Positions 18,389-28,408 are shown, numbered from the stretch's first letter. The stretch: 64,000 bases of DNA from an uncultured Candidatus Saccharibacteria bacterium (GCA_964423885.1 CAYRGD010000002.1:82128-146127); one strand, 5' to 3'. The notes: generated by a model from the sequence alone, not told the origin. Made by a program: numbers and translations.

Positions 18389-18417
18389 CAGCGGAGCGCC
18401 TCGAACCACGAGGCGCT
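18389..18417 (+). terminator. Rho-independent terminator GAGCGCCTCG-aacca-CGAGGCGCTTTTTTC
   Basis: Hairpin plus T-run read directly after the 18016..18384 gene. Confidence 0.6.
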
Positions 18418-18423
18418 TTTTTC

Positions 18424-19824
18424 TTAGAGCCGTTCGGCCTCGGCCGGGCCCATCGACCCGGGCGCGTAGCCGTGCAGCCCGTCGTCGGTTTTCGCCCATT
18501 CCGCAAGGACGTGGTCGAGGATCCGCCAGGATTCGAGTACCTCGTCGCCGGTCGTGAAGAGCGTATGGTCACCGCGGACCGCGTCGACCAGGACGCGTTC
18601 GTAGGCGTCCGGCTGCGGCTGGCCGTTGAAGCTGCGTCCGTACGAGAATTCCATCCCGGCGGACTCCAGCGCGTTGTCGAACCCGGGTTTTTTGACGCGC
18701 AGGTCGAGCTCGATCCCTTCGTTGGGCTGGAGCCGGAACGTCAGGACGTTGTGATGGGGCTGCGATTCGGTCGGTCGGAAGACGACGTGGACGTGCGTGG
18801 TTTTGGCGGCGAGCGCTTTACCGGTGCGCACCACGACCGGAATACCGCTCCAGCGCTGGTTTGCGACTGACAGCCGGACGGCGGCGAAGGTTTCGGTCCG
18901 CGACCGTGGGGCGTCCGCCTCGTCGCGGTAGCCGTCGTACTGGCCGCGGACAGTCTGTGTGGCGACCTGGTCGGGTTCGATCGTGGCGATCGCGTTGAGC
19001 AGCCGGAGTTTCTGCGCGTGGATATCCGCACTCGCTATCGAGACCGGCTGTTCCATGGTGACGAGCGCAAGCACCTGCAGGAGGTGGCTCTGGATCAAAT
19101 CCCGCAGCGCTCCGGTCATCTCGTAAAAATGCCCCCTCCCCTCGATGCCGATCCGCTCGGCCGCGACGATCTCGATCCGTTCGATGTGGCGGGCGTTCCA
19201 GATCGGTTCGAAGATCGGATTATTGAACCGGAACGCGAGGATGTTCTGGACGGTTTCCTTGGCAAGGTAGTGGTCGATACGGAAGAGCTGGGTTTCGTCG
19301 AAGTAGCCGCTCGTTTCGACGACGAGCTCTTGGGCGGACGCGAGGTCGAAGCCGAACGGTTTTTCAAGCAGTAGCCGGGTAGCGGCAGTGCCGTGCTGGC
19401 AACTGCGGTTATGGCCGTGCGATCCCAGCAGGCGGACGATCGGGAGCGCGACCTGGGGCGGGATCGACAAGTAGTAGAGCCGGTTCATGCAGACGCCGTA
19501 TTCGCCTTCGAGGGCGTTGAGGCGTTCGAGTAGCGCGTCGTAGGCAGCGCCGTCGGTGACGTCCATCCGCTCGAGACGGATCATCCGGCGGAGACGGTCG
19601 AGCACCGCGCTGTCTGCCCCGTTACCGTCAGGCGGCAGGTAGCCGACCAGGAATTCGTCGAGCGTCATCGCTTTGCGGGTGACGCCGACGATTACGGTCT
19701 GTTCATGGAGCAGGCCTTGTGCGACCAGACGGTAGAGCGCCGGCAGAAGCTTGCGTTTCGCCAGGTCGCCGGTAATGCCGAAGATCACGAAGATCGTGGG
19801 TTCCAGGGCCGGTTGTACGGTCAT
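18424..19824 (-). CDS. zwf: Glucose-6-phosphate 1-dehydrogenase
   Basis: MTVQPALEPTIFVIFGITGDLAKRKLLPALYRL is the NADP-binding N-terminus. RIDHYLAKE matches the G6PD active-site signature RIDHYLGKE. 466 aa. Confidence 0.9.
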   Translation of the reverse strand: MTVQPALEPTIFVIFGITGDLAKRKLLPALYRLVAQGLLHEQTVIVGVTRKAMTLDEFLVGYLPPDGNGADSAVLDRLRRMIRLERMDVTDGAAYDALLERLNALEGEYGVCMNRLYYLSIPPQVALPIVRLLGSHGHNRSCQHGTAATRLLLEKPFGFDLASAQELVVETSGYFDETQLFRIDHYLAKETVQNILAFRFNNPIFEPIWNARHIERIEIVAAERIGIEGRGHFYEMTGALRDLIQSHLLQVLALVTMEQPVSIASADIHAQKLRLLNAIATIEPDQVATQTVRGQYDGYRDEADAPRSRTETFAAVRLSVANQRWSGIPVVVRTGKALAAKTTHVHVVFRPTESQPHHNVLTFRLQPNEGIELDLRVKKPGFDNALESAGMEFSYGRSFNGQPQPDAYERVLVDAVRGDHTLFTTGDEVLESWRILDHVLAEWAKTDDGLHGYAPGSMGPAEAERL

Positions 19825-20729
19825 GACTGCTTGTTCAGCGAATGGCCGCCGAACTTGGCCCGCATGGCGGCCAGGAGCTTTGTCGCGAAAGTCGTGGCTC
19901 CTTGCTGGCTGTCGAGGCGGACCTGGAACGCGGCTTCGATCGCCGGCAACGGCAGGTTGCGCTCCTTGGCGGTTTCAAGCGCCCACCGGGCCTCGCCGGA
20001 TTCGGCGACGTAGCCGTCGATGCCATCGAGCGACGGGTTCTCGGTAAGGGCGTCGTGCGTGAGCTCGTTGAGCCACGACGTCACGACGCTCCGGTGCTGC
20101 CAGACGTCGCCGACCGCCGCCAGGTCGAGTCCGGGGTACGGCCCTTCCTTGAGTAACCGGTAGCCTTCGGCCAAGGATTCCATCATGCCGTACTCGACCG
20201 CGTTGTGCGTCATTTTGACGAAGTGGCCGGCACCGCTGGGGCCGAACCGATGGAAGGCGCCCCCTGGCTTGGCAAGCGCCTCGAACACCGGGGTAACCGT
20301 GGCGAACGCAGCGGCAGCGCCGCCGACCATGAGTGAAAAGCCGTTCGCGTAGCCCCAGATCCCGCCGCTCGTGCCGCTGTCGAGCAGTGTCGAACCGGCT
20401 GCGTCGACACGGGCCGCCCGCGCTGCGGTCAGTCGGTAGTCCGAATTGCCGCCGTCGACGAGGATGCTGCCTGCGGGCAGACGTTCCAACCATGCGTCGA
20501 GCTCGTGGTCGACGACATCGGCTGGCAGCATGAGCCAGAGGATACCGCGCTCGCCGCCGAACGCGTTGAGGACGTCGTCTTTCGTGTAGGCGGGTGTCGC
20601 GCCGTAGCCGGCCGCCTCGTCGATCGGGGCGCGGCTGCGGTTATGGGCAAGGACGGTGTGGCCGGCTTCCTGCAATTTGCGGGCGATCTGCATGCCCATC
20701 CTGCCTAAGCCGTGGATCGCGATCGTCAT
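19821..20729 (-). CDS. gnd: 6-phosphogluconate dehydrogenase, short (~300 aa) NAD(P)-binding form
   Basis: MTIAIHGLGRMGMQIARKLQEAGHTVLAHNRS is a Rossmann GxGxxG fold ... GDVWQHRSVVTSWL is a 6PGDH C-terminal motif. ATGA overlaps occur at both ends, with pgl and with zwf. Confidence 0.8.
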   Translation of the reverse strand: MTIAIHGLGRMGMQIARKLQEAGHTVLAHNRSRAPIDEAAGYGATPAYTKDDVLNAFGGERGILWLMLPADVVDHELDAWLERLPAGSILVDGGNSDYRLTAARAARVDAAGSTLLDSGTSGGIWGYANGFSLMVGGAAAAFATVTPVFEALAKPGGAFHRFGPSGAGHFVKMTHNAVEYGMMESLAEGYRLLKEGPYPGLDLAAVGDVWQHRSVVTSWLNELTHDALTENPSLDGIDGYVAESGEARWALETAKERNLPLPAIEAAFQVRLDSQQGATTFATKLLAAMRAKFGGHSLNKQS

Positions 20730-21391
20730 ACTGCCTCCTTGGGTTGGTCGGTGATGATCGTACCACGCGGCAGGGTTTTCAGGAGTTGTGCCGGCTGTTC
20801 AGCCACGGAAAGCTCGTTGCTGCGCAGCCGTTCGAGCGCGGGCAGTTTCGCTGCACCGAACGCGCCCACGATCGTTATGGCCGCAGTGCCGAGCGCACGG
20901 GGCGTGAGCGTGATCCGGCGGAACCGGGGCGCATCGTAGCCCACGACCCATTCCTGGCTGTCGGCTGCGGGCGAATCGGGAAGGATGCCGGCGATATGGC
21001 CGTCGGCGCCCATACCCAGGAACGATACGACGGTGTCGGCGTCCGCGACCAGGGTCGCGACTCGTGCATCGGCATCCGCGACGGTGTCGGCGAACGGTTT
21101 GCCGGTAAGGATCGGCTCGAGGCGGGCGCTACCGAGCCGAAGGCCGGCTTGCTTGAGTGCATGGACATTGGAATCCGAATGTCCGACCGGGCCGTAGCGC
21201 TCGTCGCTCGGCAGGAGTGCCAGACGGTCGAGCCGTGCGTCCTGAAGCAGCTCCAGTACGCGGACGACCACGGGGACATTCGAGCCGCCCGGTACGATCC
21301 AGAGGACGCTGCCCTTGCCGAGGGCGGTGCGGAGCTCGCTCGTAAGCCGTGCGGCGAGCAGTTCGGTCGTCGCTGTGTAGTCGATGGTCAC
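20726..21391 (-). CDS. pgl: 6-phosphogluconolactonase (DevB/Pgl family)
   Basis: 221 aa, ...LWIVPGGSNVPVV...LALLPSDERYGP...VSFLGMGADGHIAGILPDSPA... matches the Pgl/NagB-fold lactonase motifs. It lies in an operon with gnd and zwf. Confidence 0.8.
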   Translation of the reverse strand: MTIDYTATTELLAARLTSELRTALGKGSVLWIVPGGSNVPVVVRVLELLQDARLDRLALLPSDERYGPVGHSDSNVHALKQAGLRLGSARLEPILTGKPFADTVADADARVATLVADADTVVSFLGMGADGHIAGILPDSPAADSQEWVVGYDAPRFRRITLTPRALGTAAITIVGAFGAAKLPALERLRSNELSVAEQPAQLLKTLPRGTIITDQPKEAV

Positions 21392-21404
21392 ACGTGCAAT
21401 GATA

Positions 21405-22016
21405 CTAGAAGCCGAGCGATGTTTTCACGAGGACGACGTGGATCCGCCCCGGCTGCTCTTTCCGTAGTACAAGGAGTTTATTGAACGAGGTGTGGATACC
21501 GTACGCCTGTTGGGCCCGTGCGTCTTCGAGCGGCACGACATGGTTTTCGATCCGCTTGATGCCGTCCGCCAGGTCGTCGACCAGCTTTTGGGCGCCGACG
21601 ACGAACACGACATGGTCAGCGCCGTAGGCCTCGCCCGGGATTTGGCTGCCGCTTGCCGATGCGATCAGTAGCATACCGTCGCGGGTTACGGCGTGGACGC
21701 TGCCGACGGCGTACGAGGGAGCGGCCGTGACACGTTTCATCTCGGCTTTCTTGGTTGGATCTCCGGCAAGCGCCATCATCTGGCCACGGACCGATACGTA
21801 GTCGTCGCCGTTCAGGATGTCCGTGAGGCCGGTTTCCTGCAGGGTAGCTGACGTGTTCGTGAAGACGTCCGAACCCTTAGGAATGAGGGCGAGGACAGCG
21901 TTTTTGGCTGCGGAACCGTCTTCGACGACCTGCGTCGTGAACCCGTTCGCTTCGAGTGTAGCGGCGGTTGCCGTGAGTTGTTCGTCGCCGGCGATCCGGC
22001 CGTATTCGGTTGACAT
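21405..22016 (-). CDS. LUD-domain (LutC/YkgG-like, DUF162) protein, first gene of the oxidative pentose-phosphate operon
   Basis: 203 aa. ATG is the complement of 22014-22016, preceded by AGGAG. Its LEANGFTTQVVEDGSAAKNAVLALIPKGSDVFTNTSATLQETGL segment and ...AVGSVHAVTRDGMLLIASASGSQIP...HVVFVVGAQKLVDDLADGIKRI segment resemble the LUD domain profile. Confidence 0.55.
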   Translation of the reverse strand: MSTEYGRIAGDEQLTATAATLEANGFTTQVVEDGSAAKNAVLALIPKGSDVFTNTSATLQETGLTDILNGDDYVSVRGQMMALAGDPTKKAEMKRVTAAPSYAVGSVHAVTRDGMLLIASASGSQIPGEAYGADHVVFVVGAQKLVDDLADGIKRIENHVVPLEDARAQQAYGIHTSFNKLLVLRKEQPGRIHVVLVKTSLGF

Positions 22017-22023
22017 GCGGCTC

Positions 22024-22092
22024 CTTATACTTTACAAAATAAACGATTGATACGATTAACGTACCACTATACTTGATTTTGTAAAGTATAAG
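22024..22092. promoter_or_regulatory. Perfect 17-bp inverted repeat CTTATACTTTACAAAAT (22024-22040) / ATTTTGTAAAGTATAAG (22076-22092). Internal direct repeat ACGATTgatACGATT. Candidate operator of the divergent hxlR-family regulator.
   Basis: Read directly. The left arm abuts/overlaps the RBS of the LUD-pgl-gnd-zwf operon. The right arm ends 3 nt before the hxlR-family ATG. Strongly AT-rich relative to the genome. Confidence 0.6.
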
Positions 22093-22095
22093 CGT

Positions 22096-22401
22096 ATGAC
22101 TTCCAGACAAATCAGCGATCTCAAGAAGGCGCTTGGTATCGTCGGCGACAAGTGGTCACTGACGATCCTCATGCAGCTGCACGAACACGGACCGCGCCGG
22201 TTCGGCGACTGCCAGAAGGCGGACGGCATCAACACCAAGACGCTGACCCAGCGGCTGCAGGCGCTTGAGCAGGCAGGACTCATCGAGCGGCACGAGTACC
22301 GCGAGTATCCGCCACGTACCGAATACAGCATTACCGGCAAGGGAGCGGCGCTCGTGCCGGTATTCGAACGGCTTGCCGAGTGGGGCAAGACGTATCTTTG
22401 A
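22096..22401 (+). CDS. HxlR-family (DUF24, MarR-like winged helix) transcriptional regulator
   Basis: MTSRQISDLKKALGIVGDKWSLTILMQLHEHGPRRFGDCQKADGINTKTLTQRLQALEQAGLIERHEYREYPPRTEYSITGKGAALVPVFERLAEWG. The G.KW...IL..L..G..RF..L motif is typical of the family. Confidence 0.8.
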   Translation: MTSRQISDLKKALGIVGDKWSLTILMQLHEHGPRRFGDCQKADGINTKTLTQRLQALEQAGLIERHEYREYPPRTEYSITGKGAALVPVFERLAEWGKTYL

Positions 22402-22448
22402 AACATACAAGCGCCCTCGTATCGAGGGCGCTTACGTTCAGTATTGCA

Positions 22449-22523
22449 TGGAGGGCCTGATGGGGATCGAACCCATGACACGAAGCTTAAAAGGCTCCTG
22501 CTCTACCACTGAGCTACAGGCCC
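22449..22523 (-). tRNA. tRNA-Lys (anticodon UUU)
   Basis: Reverse complement GGGCCTGTAGCTCAGTGGTAGAGCAGGAGCCTTTTAAGCTTCGTGTCATGGGTTCGATCCCCATCAGGCCCTCCA. The cloverleaf is conserved, with a 7-bp acceptor stem, anticodon loop CUUUUAA and encoded CCA. Confidence 0.85.
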
Positions 22524-22570
22524 GTACCGATCGGTGACTATACCGTACGCGTGCCGGTCGGGGCAAGGTG

Positions 22571-23092
22571 TCAGGCGCGTAGGAACGGGTTGCGGTTCCA
22601 CCCGAAAAAGATCAGGCAGGCCACCGGTGCCAACAGCCACCAGACGTGATGGCCCACCAGGAAGGCGGCCATGGTCGACTGGCTGACCATCGACGCGGCA
22701 GCGTCGGCCGGCATGAACGACATGATCGTGGTAGCGATGAGCGCGGTATTCAGGAAGCTGTACAGGAACACCTCGACGGGGGATAGCAGTCCGCGGCCGT
22801 CGCCGCCGCCGGACAAGCCGCTTTTGGTGATCATGAGGATGAGGACGAGCAGGAAGATGCCGGCTTTGATCGTGAAGGGGGATACCTGCGAGCTCACGAA
22901 GAACGAGTTGATCGTCCGTTCGCCGGCGAAGAATTTGCCGATTGGGTCGTTGAGCAGGTTCGTAAGCACGGTCGCGACGTAGATGCTCACGAGCGTGACG
23001 ACCGTCCGTTCGCGTTGCAGCATCATGCCGTAGGCGATGCCCGCGATGAAGAAGACGATGAAGAACAGATTCCAGCTGGGTGCCACGACCAT
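22571..23092 (-). CDS. Hypothetical polytopic membrane protein (173 aa), downstream of dnaJ
   Basis: MVVAPSWNLFFIVFFIAGIAYGMMLQ... has 5-6 predicted TM segments. No family recognised. Confidence 0.45.
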   Translation of the reverse strand: MVVAPSWNLFFIVFFIAGIAYGMMLQRERTVVTLVSIYVATVLTNLLNDPIGKFFAGERTINSFFVSSQVSPFTIKAGIFLLVLILMITKSGLSGGGDGRGLLSPVEVFLYSFLNTALIATTIMSFMPADAAASMVSQSTMAAFLVGHHVWWLLAPVACLIFFGWNRNPFLRA

Positions 23093-23125
23093 CCCCTCCT
23101 TACGCGTTACCAGTATAGCAGATGT

Positions 23126-23707
23126 TCAGAGCCCGGCATCGCGCAACTGCTCGATCGCCGCCCGCTGCTTGGCATTGAGGCGTTTCGGGTAGTCGATCCG
23201 CACGACGACGATAAGGTCGCCACGGCCGCCGCGGTACGGCATACCCATGCCGCCGAAACGGAACGCCTGGCCGTCTTGAGTGCCGGACGGGAGCGTGAGT
23301 TCGACCGGCTCGCCCTGGTTGGTCTGGATGTGGAGCGTGCCGCCGAGCAACGCCTGGCTCAGCTTGATGCGCACCTCGGCCTGGACCTGCGAGAACGCCT
23401 GGCCGAACATCGACTCGAAGATATCGGCGAAGCCGCCGAATCCGGCTTGGCTCCCGCCGCGGAAGATATCGTCGTAGCTGCCGCCGAAGCCGGGCCCGTT
23501 GCCGACGGTGCCGAACTGGTCGTACTGCGCCCGCTTCTGCTGGTCTGCCAAGACTTGGTAGGCCTCGCTCACTTCCTTGAACCGCTCGGAATCGCCGCCC
23601 TTGTCGGGGTGGTACTGCTGGGCAAGCTTGCGGTAGGCGCGTTTGATCTCGTCGGCCGAGGCACCGCGATCCACCCCCAGGATCTTGTAGTAGTCCTTTT
23701 GGGGCAT
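23126..23707 (-). CDS. dnaJ: J-domain co-chaperone (DnaJ/CbpA-like, lacks the Cys-rich zinc-finger domain)
   Basis: Start at [36 protein letters not shown] (J-domain with HPD), then a G/F-rich region and one C-terminal beta-sandwich domain. No CxxCxGxG repeats. The ORF-track N-terminal extension is Arg-rich and overlaps the upstream gene. Confidence 0.75.
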   Translation of the reverse strand: MPQKDYYKILGVDRGASADEIKRAYRKLAQQYHPDKGGDSERFKEVSEAYQVLADQQKRAQYDQFGTVGNGPGFGGSYDDIFRGGSQAGFGGFADIFESMFGQAFSQVQAEVRIKLSQALLGGTLHIQTNQGEPVELTLPSGTQDGQAFRFGGMGMPYRGGRGDLIVVVRIDYPKRLNAKQRAAIEQLRDAGL

Positions 23708-23718
23708 AGGGTACTCGC

Positions 23719-24486
23719 TTACGGGGTTTGGGTGGTCGTGCTCGTACTGCCTGAGCCGGTCGACGTCGAGGTTGACGCGGCGCGGTCGGGTACCAGTTGC
23801 GTACCCTGCTCGTCGACGACGCCGCCCAGGAACGGGTTGATGAGCAACGACAGGCTTTGGCCGGCGGCGGTATCGTACTGGACTGTCCACCAGAGCCAGC
23901 CGCGCGGCGTCCGGTTTGACAGGTAGACTGTGATCTGCGGGTTCGGGTTCGCGGTTCGGAACGTGGCGCCGCCGTTCTGTTCGGCGAGTTGGAGCGCTTG
24001 GACGAAGTTCATCGACCAGTAGTCGACGTTGATGGGTGTGAGCTTGTCCCCCAAGTAGTCGGCCTTCGGGATGATCGCCCGGACGGATTTGTTCTTCGCC
24101 TCGGCGTACGAGTAGGTGAACCAGTTGTCGAGGTCACTGGCCGAGCCGAAGACGTAGACCTCGTTGCCGGTCTGAGGCGCCAGGCTCGTGCCGAGCGTAA
24201 CCGAGACGTAACTGACGACCGCGTCGGCGTGCCAGGCCTTGGCAGCGGCCACGGCCAGGGCGTAATGCGCGTTCAGCTCACTGTCGAAGCCGCTCGGCGA
24301 CAGCGATGTCAGGTCGGACACGGTCGGGGTGGTGCTGGTGCCGTCCGTCGCGGTGTTGCCGGTATCCGTGCCCGTCTGCGTATCCGTGTCCGTTGCCGCG
24401 TTCTGTTTCAAACAGCCGGTCAGGCTGACTGCCACAAGGAACAGGACGCCGATCCGTAATCCGAGCTGTGCCGCGCGTCCGCCCAT
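23719..24486 (-). CDS. Lipoprotein (signal peptide + lipobox LTGC), inserted between dnaK and dnaJ
   Basis: Start at [25 protein letters not shown] with RBS AAGGGGG. A Thr/Asp-rich linker follows, then a globular domain. No family recognised. Confidence 0.5.
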   Translation of the reverse strand: MGGRAAQLGLRIGVLFLVAVSLTGCLKQNAATDTDTQTGTDTGNTATDGTSTTPTVSDLTSLSPSGFDSELNAHYALAVAAAKAWHADAVVSYVSVTLGTSLAPQTGNEVYVFGSASDLDNWFTYSYAEAKNKSVRAIIPKADYLGDKLTPINVDYWSMNFVQALQLAEQNGGATFRTANPNPQITVYLSNRTPRGWLWWTVQYDTAAGQSLSLLINPFLGGVVDEQGTQLVPDRAASTSTSTGSGSTSTTTQTP

Positions 24487-24505
24487 AGTCCCCCTTGTGT
24501 CGCTG

Positions 24506-26398
24506 CTAGGCTGCCGGTTGGTCATCGGCGGGTGGAGCCGTATCAGTGTCCGGTGTGGTGCCGTTGTCCGATGCCGGGCCGGCCGGCGCCTCGCCTGCTG
24601 CCTCGTAGGCGTGGCTGCCTACTTCGGACAGCTTCTGCTCAAGCGCCGTTGCCGCCGCCTCGATCGCCGCCGCGTCGTCGTTCGCGATTACGCCGCGGAC
24701 CGCCAGGACCGCATCCTCGACCCCCCGCTTGTCCTCGGGCTTGGTCTTGTCGCCCAGGTCTTTGAGCGTTTTCTCGGCCGAGTACACGAGGCTGTCGGCT
24801 CGGTTGCGGACCTCGATCAAGCTCTTGCGCGCCTTGTCGTCGGCCTCGTGCGCCTCGGCGTCCTTGCGCATCTGTTCGATCTCTTGCTCGGACAGTCCCG
24901 ACGACGATTGGATCGTGATCTTCTGCTCTTTGCCGGTGGCCTTATCCTTGGCCGACACGTTGAGGATGCCGTTGGCGTCGATGTCGAAACTCACTTCGAT
25001 CTGCGGGACGCCGCGCGGTGCCGGCGGCAGGCCGTCAAGCATGAACTTGCCGAGCGAGCGGTTGTCGGTCGCCATCGGCCGCTCACCTTGCAGCACGTGG
25101 ACCTCGACTGAGGTCTGGCTGTCACCGGCGGTCGAGAACGTCTGCGCCTTCGACGTCGGAATCGTGGTGTTCCGCTCGATGAGCGGGGTCATGACGCCGC
25201 CGAGTGTTTCCAGGCCGAGCGTCAACGGCGTGACATCGAGCAGGAGCAGGTCCTGCACTTCGCCGCCCAGGACGCCGCCTTGGATGGCCGCGCCGAGCGC
25301 CACGACTTCGTCCGGGTTGACGCCTTTGTGCGGTTCGCGCCCGAAGATATCCGTGACCATCTTTTGGACCATCGGCATGCGGGTCTGGCCACCGACCAGG
25401 ATCACTTCGTTGATATCGTTCTTGGTGAGCTTGGCGTCGGCGAGCGCCTGTTCGCAGGGCTTGCGTGTCCGTTCGACCAAATCGCCCACCAACTGCTCCA
25501 GGCGGGAGCGCGTCAGCTTCATCACCAAATGCTTCGGCCCCGAGGCGTCGGCGGTGATGAACGGCAGGTTAATTTCAGTTTCCATGTTCGAGGACAGCTC
25601 GACCTTGGCTTTTTCGGCCGCTTCTTTGATCCGTTGGAGCGCCATGGCGTCTTTGCTGAGTTCGATCCCCTCGTTCTTCTTAAATTCCGCCAGGATCGCA
25701 TCCATGACCGCGTGGTCGAAATCGTCGCCGCCCAGGTGCGTGTCACCGGCGGTCGCCTTGACTTCGAACACGCCGTCGCCGATTTCGAGGATCGTTACGT
25801 CGAAGGTCCCGCCGCCCAAGTCGTAGACGGCGATCTTGCCTTCTTTCTGTTTGTCGAGGCCGTAGGCGAGTGCCGAAGCGGTCGGTTCGTTGATGATCCG
25901 TTTGACGTCGAGGCCGGCGATCTTGCCCGCGTCCTTCGTAGCCTGGCGCTGCGCGTCGTTGAAGTAGGCCGGAACGGTGATGACGGCATCGGCCACCGGT
26001 TCTCCCAGGTAGGCTTCGGCATCGGCCTTCAGTTTTTGCAGGATAAAGGCCGATACCTCTTGCGGTGAATATTCCTTGCCGCCCATGAGCACGCGGACCG
26101 AGCCGTCGGCCGCTGCCTGGAGCTTGTACGGGACAAGGCGCTTGGTCTGTTCGACCTCGGCCTCGTCGAACCGGCGGCCGATGAAGCGCTTGACGGAAAA
26201 GACGGTGTTTTCCGGATTCGTGATCGCTTGGCGTTTGGCGATCTGCCCGACCAGGCGTTCGCCGCTCTTGTTGACTGCCACGATCGACGGCGTGGTGTTG
26301 TTGCCTTCGGCAGACGGGATCACCTTGGGCTTACCGCCTTCCATGACCGCGACGACCGAGTTGGTGGTACCGAGATCGATACCGATGATTTTTGCCAT
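24506..26398 (-). CDS. dnaK: Molecular chaperone DnaK (Hsp70)
   Basis: [28 protein letters not shown]... [12 protein letters not shown] ... 630 aa. Confidence 0.95.
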   Translation of the reverse strand: MAKIIGIDLGTTNSVVAVMEGGKPKVIPSAEGNNTTPSIVAVNKSGERLVGQIAKRQAITNPENTVFSVKRFIGRRFDEAEVEQTKRLVPYKLQAAADGSVRVLMGGKEYSPQEVSAFILQKLKADAEAYLGEPVADAVITVPAYFNDAQRQATKDAGKIAGLDVKRIINEPTASALAYGLDKQKEGKIAVYDLGGGTFDVTILEIGDGVFEVKATAGDTHLGGDDFDHAVMDAILAEFKKNEGIELSKDAMALQRIKEAAEKAKVELSSNMETEINLPFITADASGPKHLVMKLTRSRLEQLVGDLVERTRKPCEQALADAKLTKNDINEVILVGGQTRMPMVQKMVTDIFGREPHKGVNPDEVVALGAAIQGGVLGGEVQDLLLLDVTPLTLGLETLGGVMTPLIERNTTIPTSKAQTFSTAGDSQTSVEVHVLQGERPMATDNRSLGKFMLDGLPPAPRGVPQIEVSFDIDANGILNVSAKDKATGKEQKITIQSSSGLSEQEIEQMRKDAEAHEADDKARKSLIEVRNRADSLVYSAEKTLKDLGDKTKPEDKRGVEDAVLAVRGVIANDDAAAIEAAATALEQKLSEVGSHAYEAAGEAPAGPASDNGTTPDTDTAPPADDQPAA

Positions 26399-26427
26399 AG
26401 TGTGCCTCTTTCTACCCTCCGCCGGTG

Positions 26428-26934
26428 TCAGGCCGCTGCAGGTTTGCCAGTGCTCACCACGACCTTGGCCGGTTTGACTATTGTATCACGATAGCGGTAC
26501 CCCGCCTCGACTTCCTGGCTGACGTGGTCGGCGGGTACGGTGTCGTCCGGCAGCTGGCTCATCGCCTCGTGTTCGGCCGGGTTGAACGGTGCGCCGACTA
26601 CCTCGATTCGCTCGAGCTGGTTCGTGCGGAGCAGGTCTTCGAGCTGTTTCTGGATCTGCTCGATCCCGGTCCGCCAGGCGGCGCTGTCATCGCTCTGCGC
26701 GAGCGCCCGCCGAAAGGTGTCGACGATCGGGGCGAGCTTCAAGAGCGTGTCCATCGTCGCGAGCTGCCAGAGATCGGCCCGCTCTTTGTCGCTCCGTTTC
26801 CGGTAGTTGTCGAAGTCGGCCTGGCAGCGTCGCAGCTGCTCGGTAAGCCGTTGCAGCTCGTCGGGCGTATCCTGCGGCGCGTCGGATGTGTCGTGCGGCG
26901 TGTCGGTCATGGCAACTCCATTCGAAGAGGACAT
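26428..26934 (-). CDS. grpE: Nucleotide exchange factor GrpE
   Basis: ...[49 protein letters not shown]... matches the GrpE motifs. It is directly upstream of dnaK. The start is ambiguous (alternative MTDTPHD). Confidence 0.8.
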   Translation of the reverse strand: MSSSNGVAMTDTPHDTSDAPQDTPDELQRLTEQLRRCQADFDNYRKRSDKERADLWQLATMDTLLKLAPIVDTFRRALAQSDDSAAWRTGIEQIQKQLEDLLRTNQLERIEVVGAPFNPAEHEAMSQLPDDTVPADHVSQEVEAGYRYRDTIVKPAKVVVSTGKPAAA

Positions 26935-26962
26935 GGTACACTCGGGGTACGGAAGGGGTCAA

Positions 26963-28408
26963 GTGGCCAAACCGGTTGCACCGCCGCTGTTCGGGATATC
27001 GCTCGTGCTGCTTGCGGGCATGACGCTCGGCAGTACCGGCCGGAGCGGGTTGCTGCCAGGGGCGCTGGCCGCCGTGAGCGTGATCGGCTGCGCCGGACTC
27101 GTCGCAGGATCATGGCTGCCGGCGTGGGCACGCCGTGGGGCGTTGCTTGCGGTCTGCGCTGCGCTCGGATGCGCCTATGCTGCGGTGCGAACCGATCGGA
27201 TTCCTATGGTCGCAGCCGAGACCGAAGCATCGGCTGCGCGGGCCGTCGTCGTGTCGATCGCGAGCTTTTCGGGTGAGCAGCAACGCTTCTGGGCGGACCT
27301 GCCGGCGCTCGACCCGCCGATCCGGGTGCGCGTCACGGTCCGTTCAACCGAGACGTACCCGTACGGCAGCGTCCTACGGATCGACGGGACGTTGGTGCCG
27401 GCAGGTCCCAGTTCGGACGGCTTCAACGAAGCCGGGTTCCTGCGGGCTCATGACGCGGCGGGCAAGTTGCTGGCCGACAGTGTGAAACCGACCGGCGAGC
27501 GTGCCGGCAACCGGTTCCTGCGTGCGCTCCACGATATCCGCTCCTGGCTGCTCGACCGCTTGGATCCGATCGCCCAGGCCGAGCGGCAAGTGGCGGCCGG
27601 GGTGGTGCTGGGCGACACCGCGTCGCTGTCCGACCGGCTTGAGGCGATGTTTGTCCGGACCGGGACGACACACATGCTCGTGGCGAGCGGTGCCAACGTG
27701 GCGATCGTGGCCTGGATGATCGAGCGGCTACTTCGGCCGTTCGGGGTGCGTGTTGCCCTGGCTGCAACTGCCCTCGCGGTACTCGGTTTCGTCGTGCTTG
27801 CGGGCGGCGAGGCGTCGATCGTGCGGGCCGCGTTCGCGTATTTTGTGGTCGTGCTTGCCAAGCAGTCCGGCCGGCCGGTCCACCAGCCGACGCTGCTTGC
27901 AGCTGTCGCGTTCGTCATGGTCGCCTTGAATCCGTGGTCGGTGCTCTACAACGCCTCGTTCCAGCTGTCGTTCGCCGCCATCGTGGGCCTTGCGGTGCTG
28001 GGTAACTGGATCGCATCGTTCGCGCCAGTTTGGTGGTTCAAGGAATTCCTGGCACCGACGCTCGCCGCCGAGCTGGCGACGCTGCCGATCCTGCTCTATT
28101 CCTTCGGCCAGCTAAGCCCTATCTCGCCAGTAGCCAACTTGCTGGCCTTGCCGCTCATTCCGGCGATCATGGTCGGCGGGGTAGCGACACTCGCGGTGCC
28201 GTGGTTTCGTCCGATATCCTGGCTGACCGAAGGGATCGCGACAGTCCTTATTCGCATTATCGGGTTCTTCGCGGCGTTGCCGTGGGCGAGTGTGCCTGTC
28301 GACCGGTACCGGTCGGCGGTCGCCGCAGGCGCATTCCTGCTTTTTGCGATTGCGGTCTGGTGCCGGCACCGGTGGCCGCGGACCGCCAAGGAGGACGATG
28401 TCGGCTAA
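26963..28408 (+). CDS. comEC: ComEC/Rec2 DNA-uptake channel: DUF4131 + Competence membrane domains only, with no fused MBL domain
   Basis: ...AGVVLGDTASLSDRLEAMFVRTGTTHMLVASGANVAIVAWMIERLL... is the ComEC Competence-domain signature, and the protein is polytopic. The start is placed at GTG 26963 with RBS GGAAGGGG. An alternative is ATG 27020. The ORF-track start at 26807 overlaps grpE. Confidence 0.65.
   Translation: MAKPVAPPLFGISLVLLAGMTLGSTGRSGLLPGALAAVSVIGCAGLVAGSWLPAWARRGALLAVCAALGCAYAAVRTDRIPMVAAETEASAARAVVVSIASFSGEQQRFWADLPALDPPIRVRVTVRSTETYPYGSVLRIDGTLVPAGPSSDGFNEAGFLRAHDAAGKLLADSVKPTGERAGNRFLRALHDIRSWLLDRLDPIAQAERQVAAGVVLGDTASLSDRLEAMFVRTGTTHMLVASGANVAIVAWMIERLLRPFGVRVALAATALAVLGFVVLAGGEASIVRAAFAYFVVVLAKQSGRPVHQPTLLAAVAFVMVALNPWSVLYNASFQLSFAAIVGLAVLGNWIASFAPVWWFKEFLAPTLAAELATLPILLYSFGQLSPISPVANLLALPLIPAIMVGGVATLAVPWFRPISWLTEGIATVLIRIIGFFAALPWASVPVDRYRSAVAAGAFLLFAIAVWCRHRWPRTAKEDDVG

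Noticed and set aside
22265-22537. ORFs 22265..22537 (+) and 22056..22481 (-) across the tRNA-Lys locus
   Set aside because: They overlap a well-formed tRNA and the HxlR gene; artefacts.
26807-26962. ORF-track 5' extension of comEC overlapping grpE
   Set aside because: Ser/Cys-rich extension in a region occupied by grpE on the other strand. A GTG with RBS at 26963 (or ATG 27020) gives a typical TM-rich ComEC N-terminus. The exact start remains uncertain.
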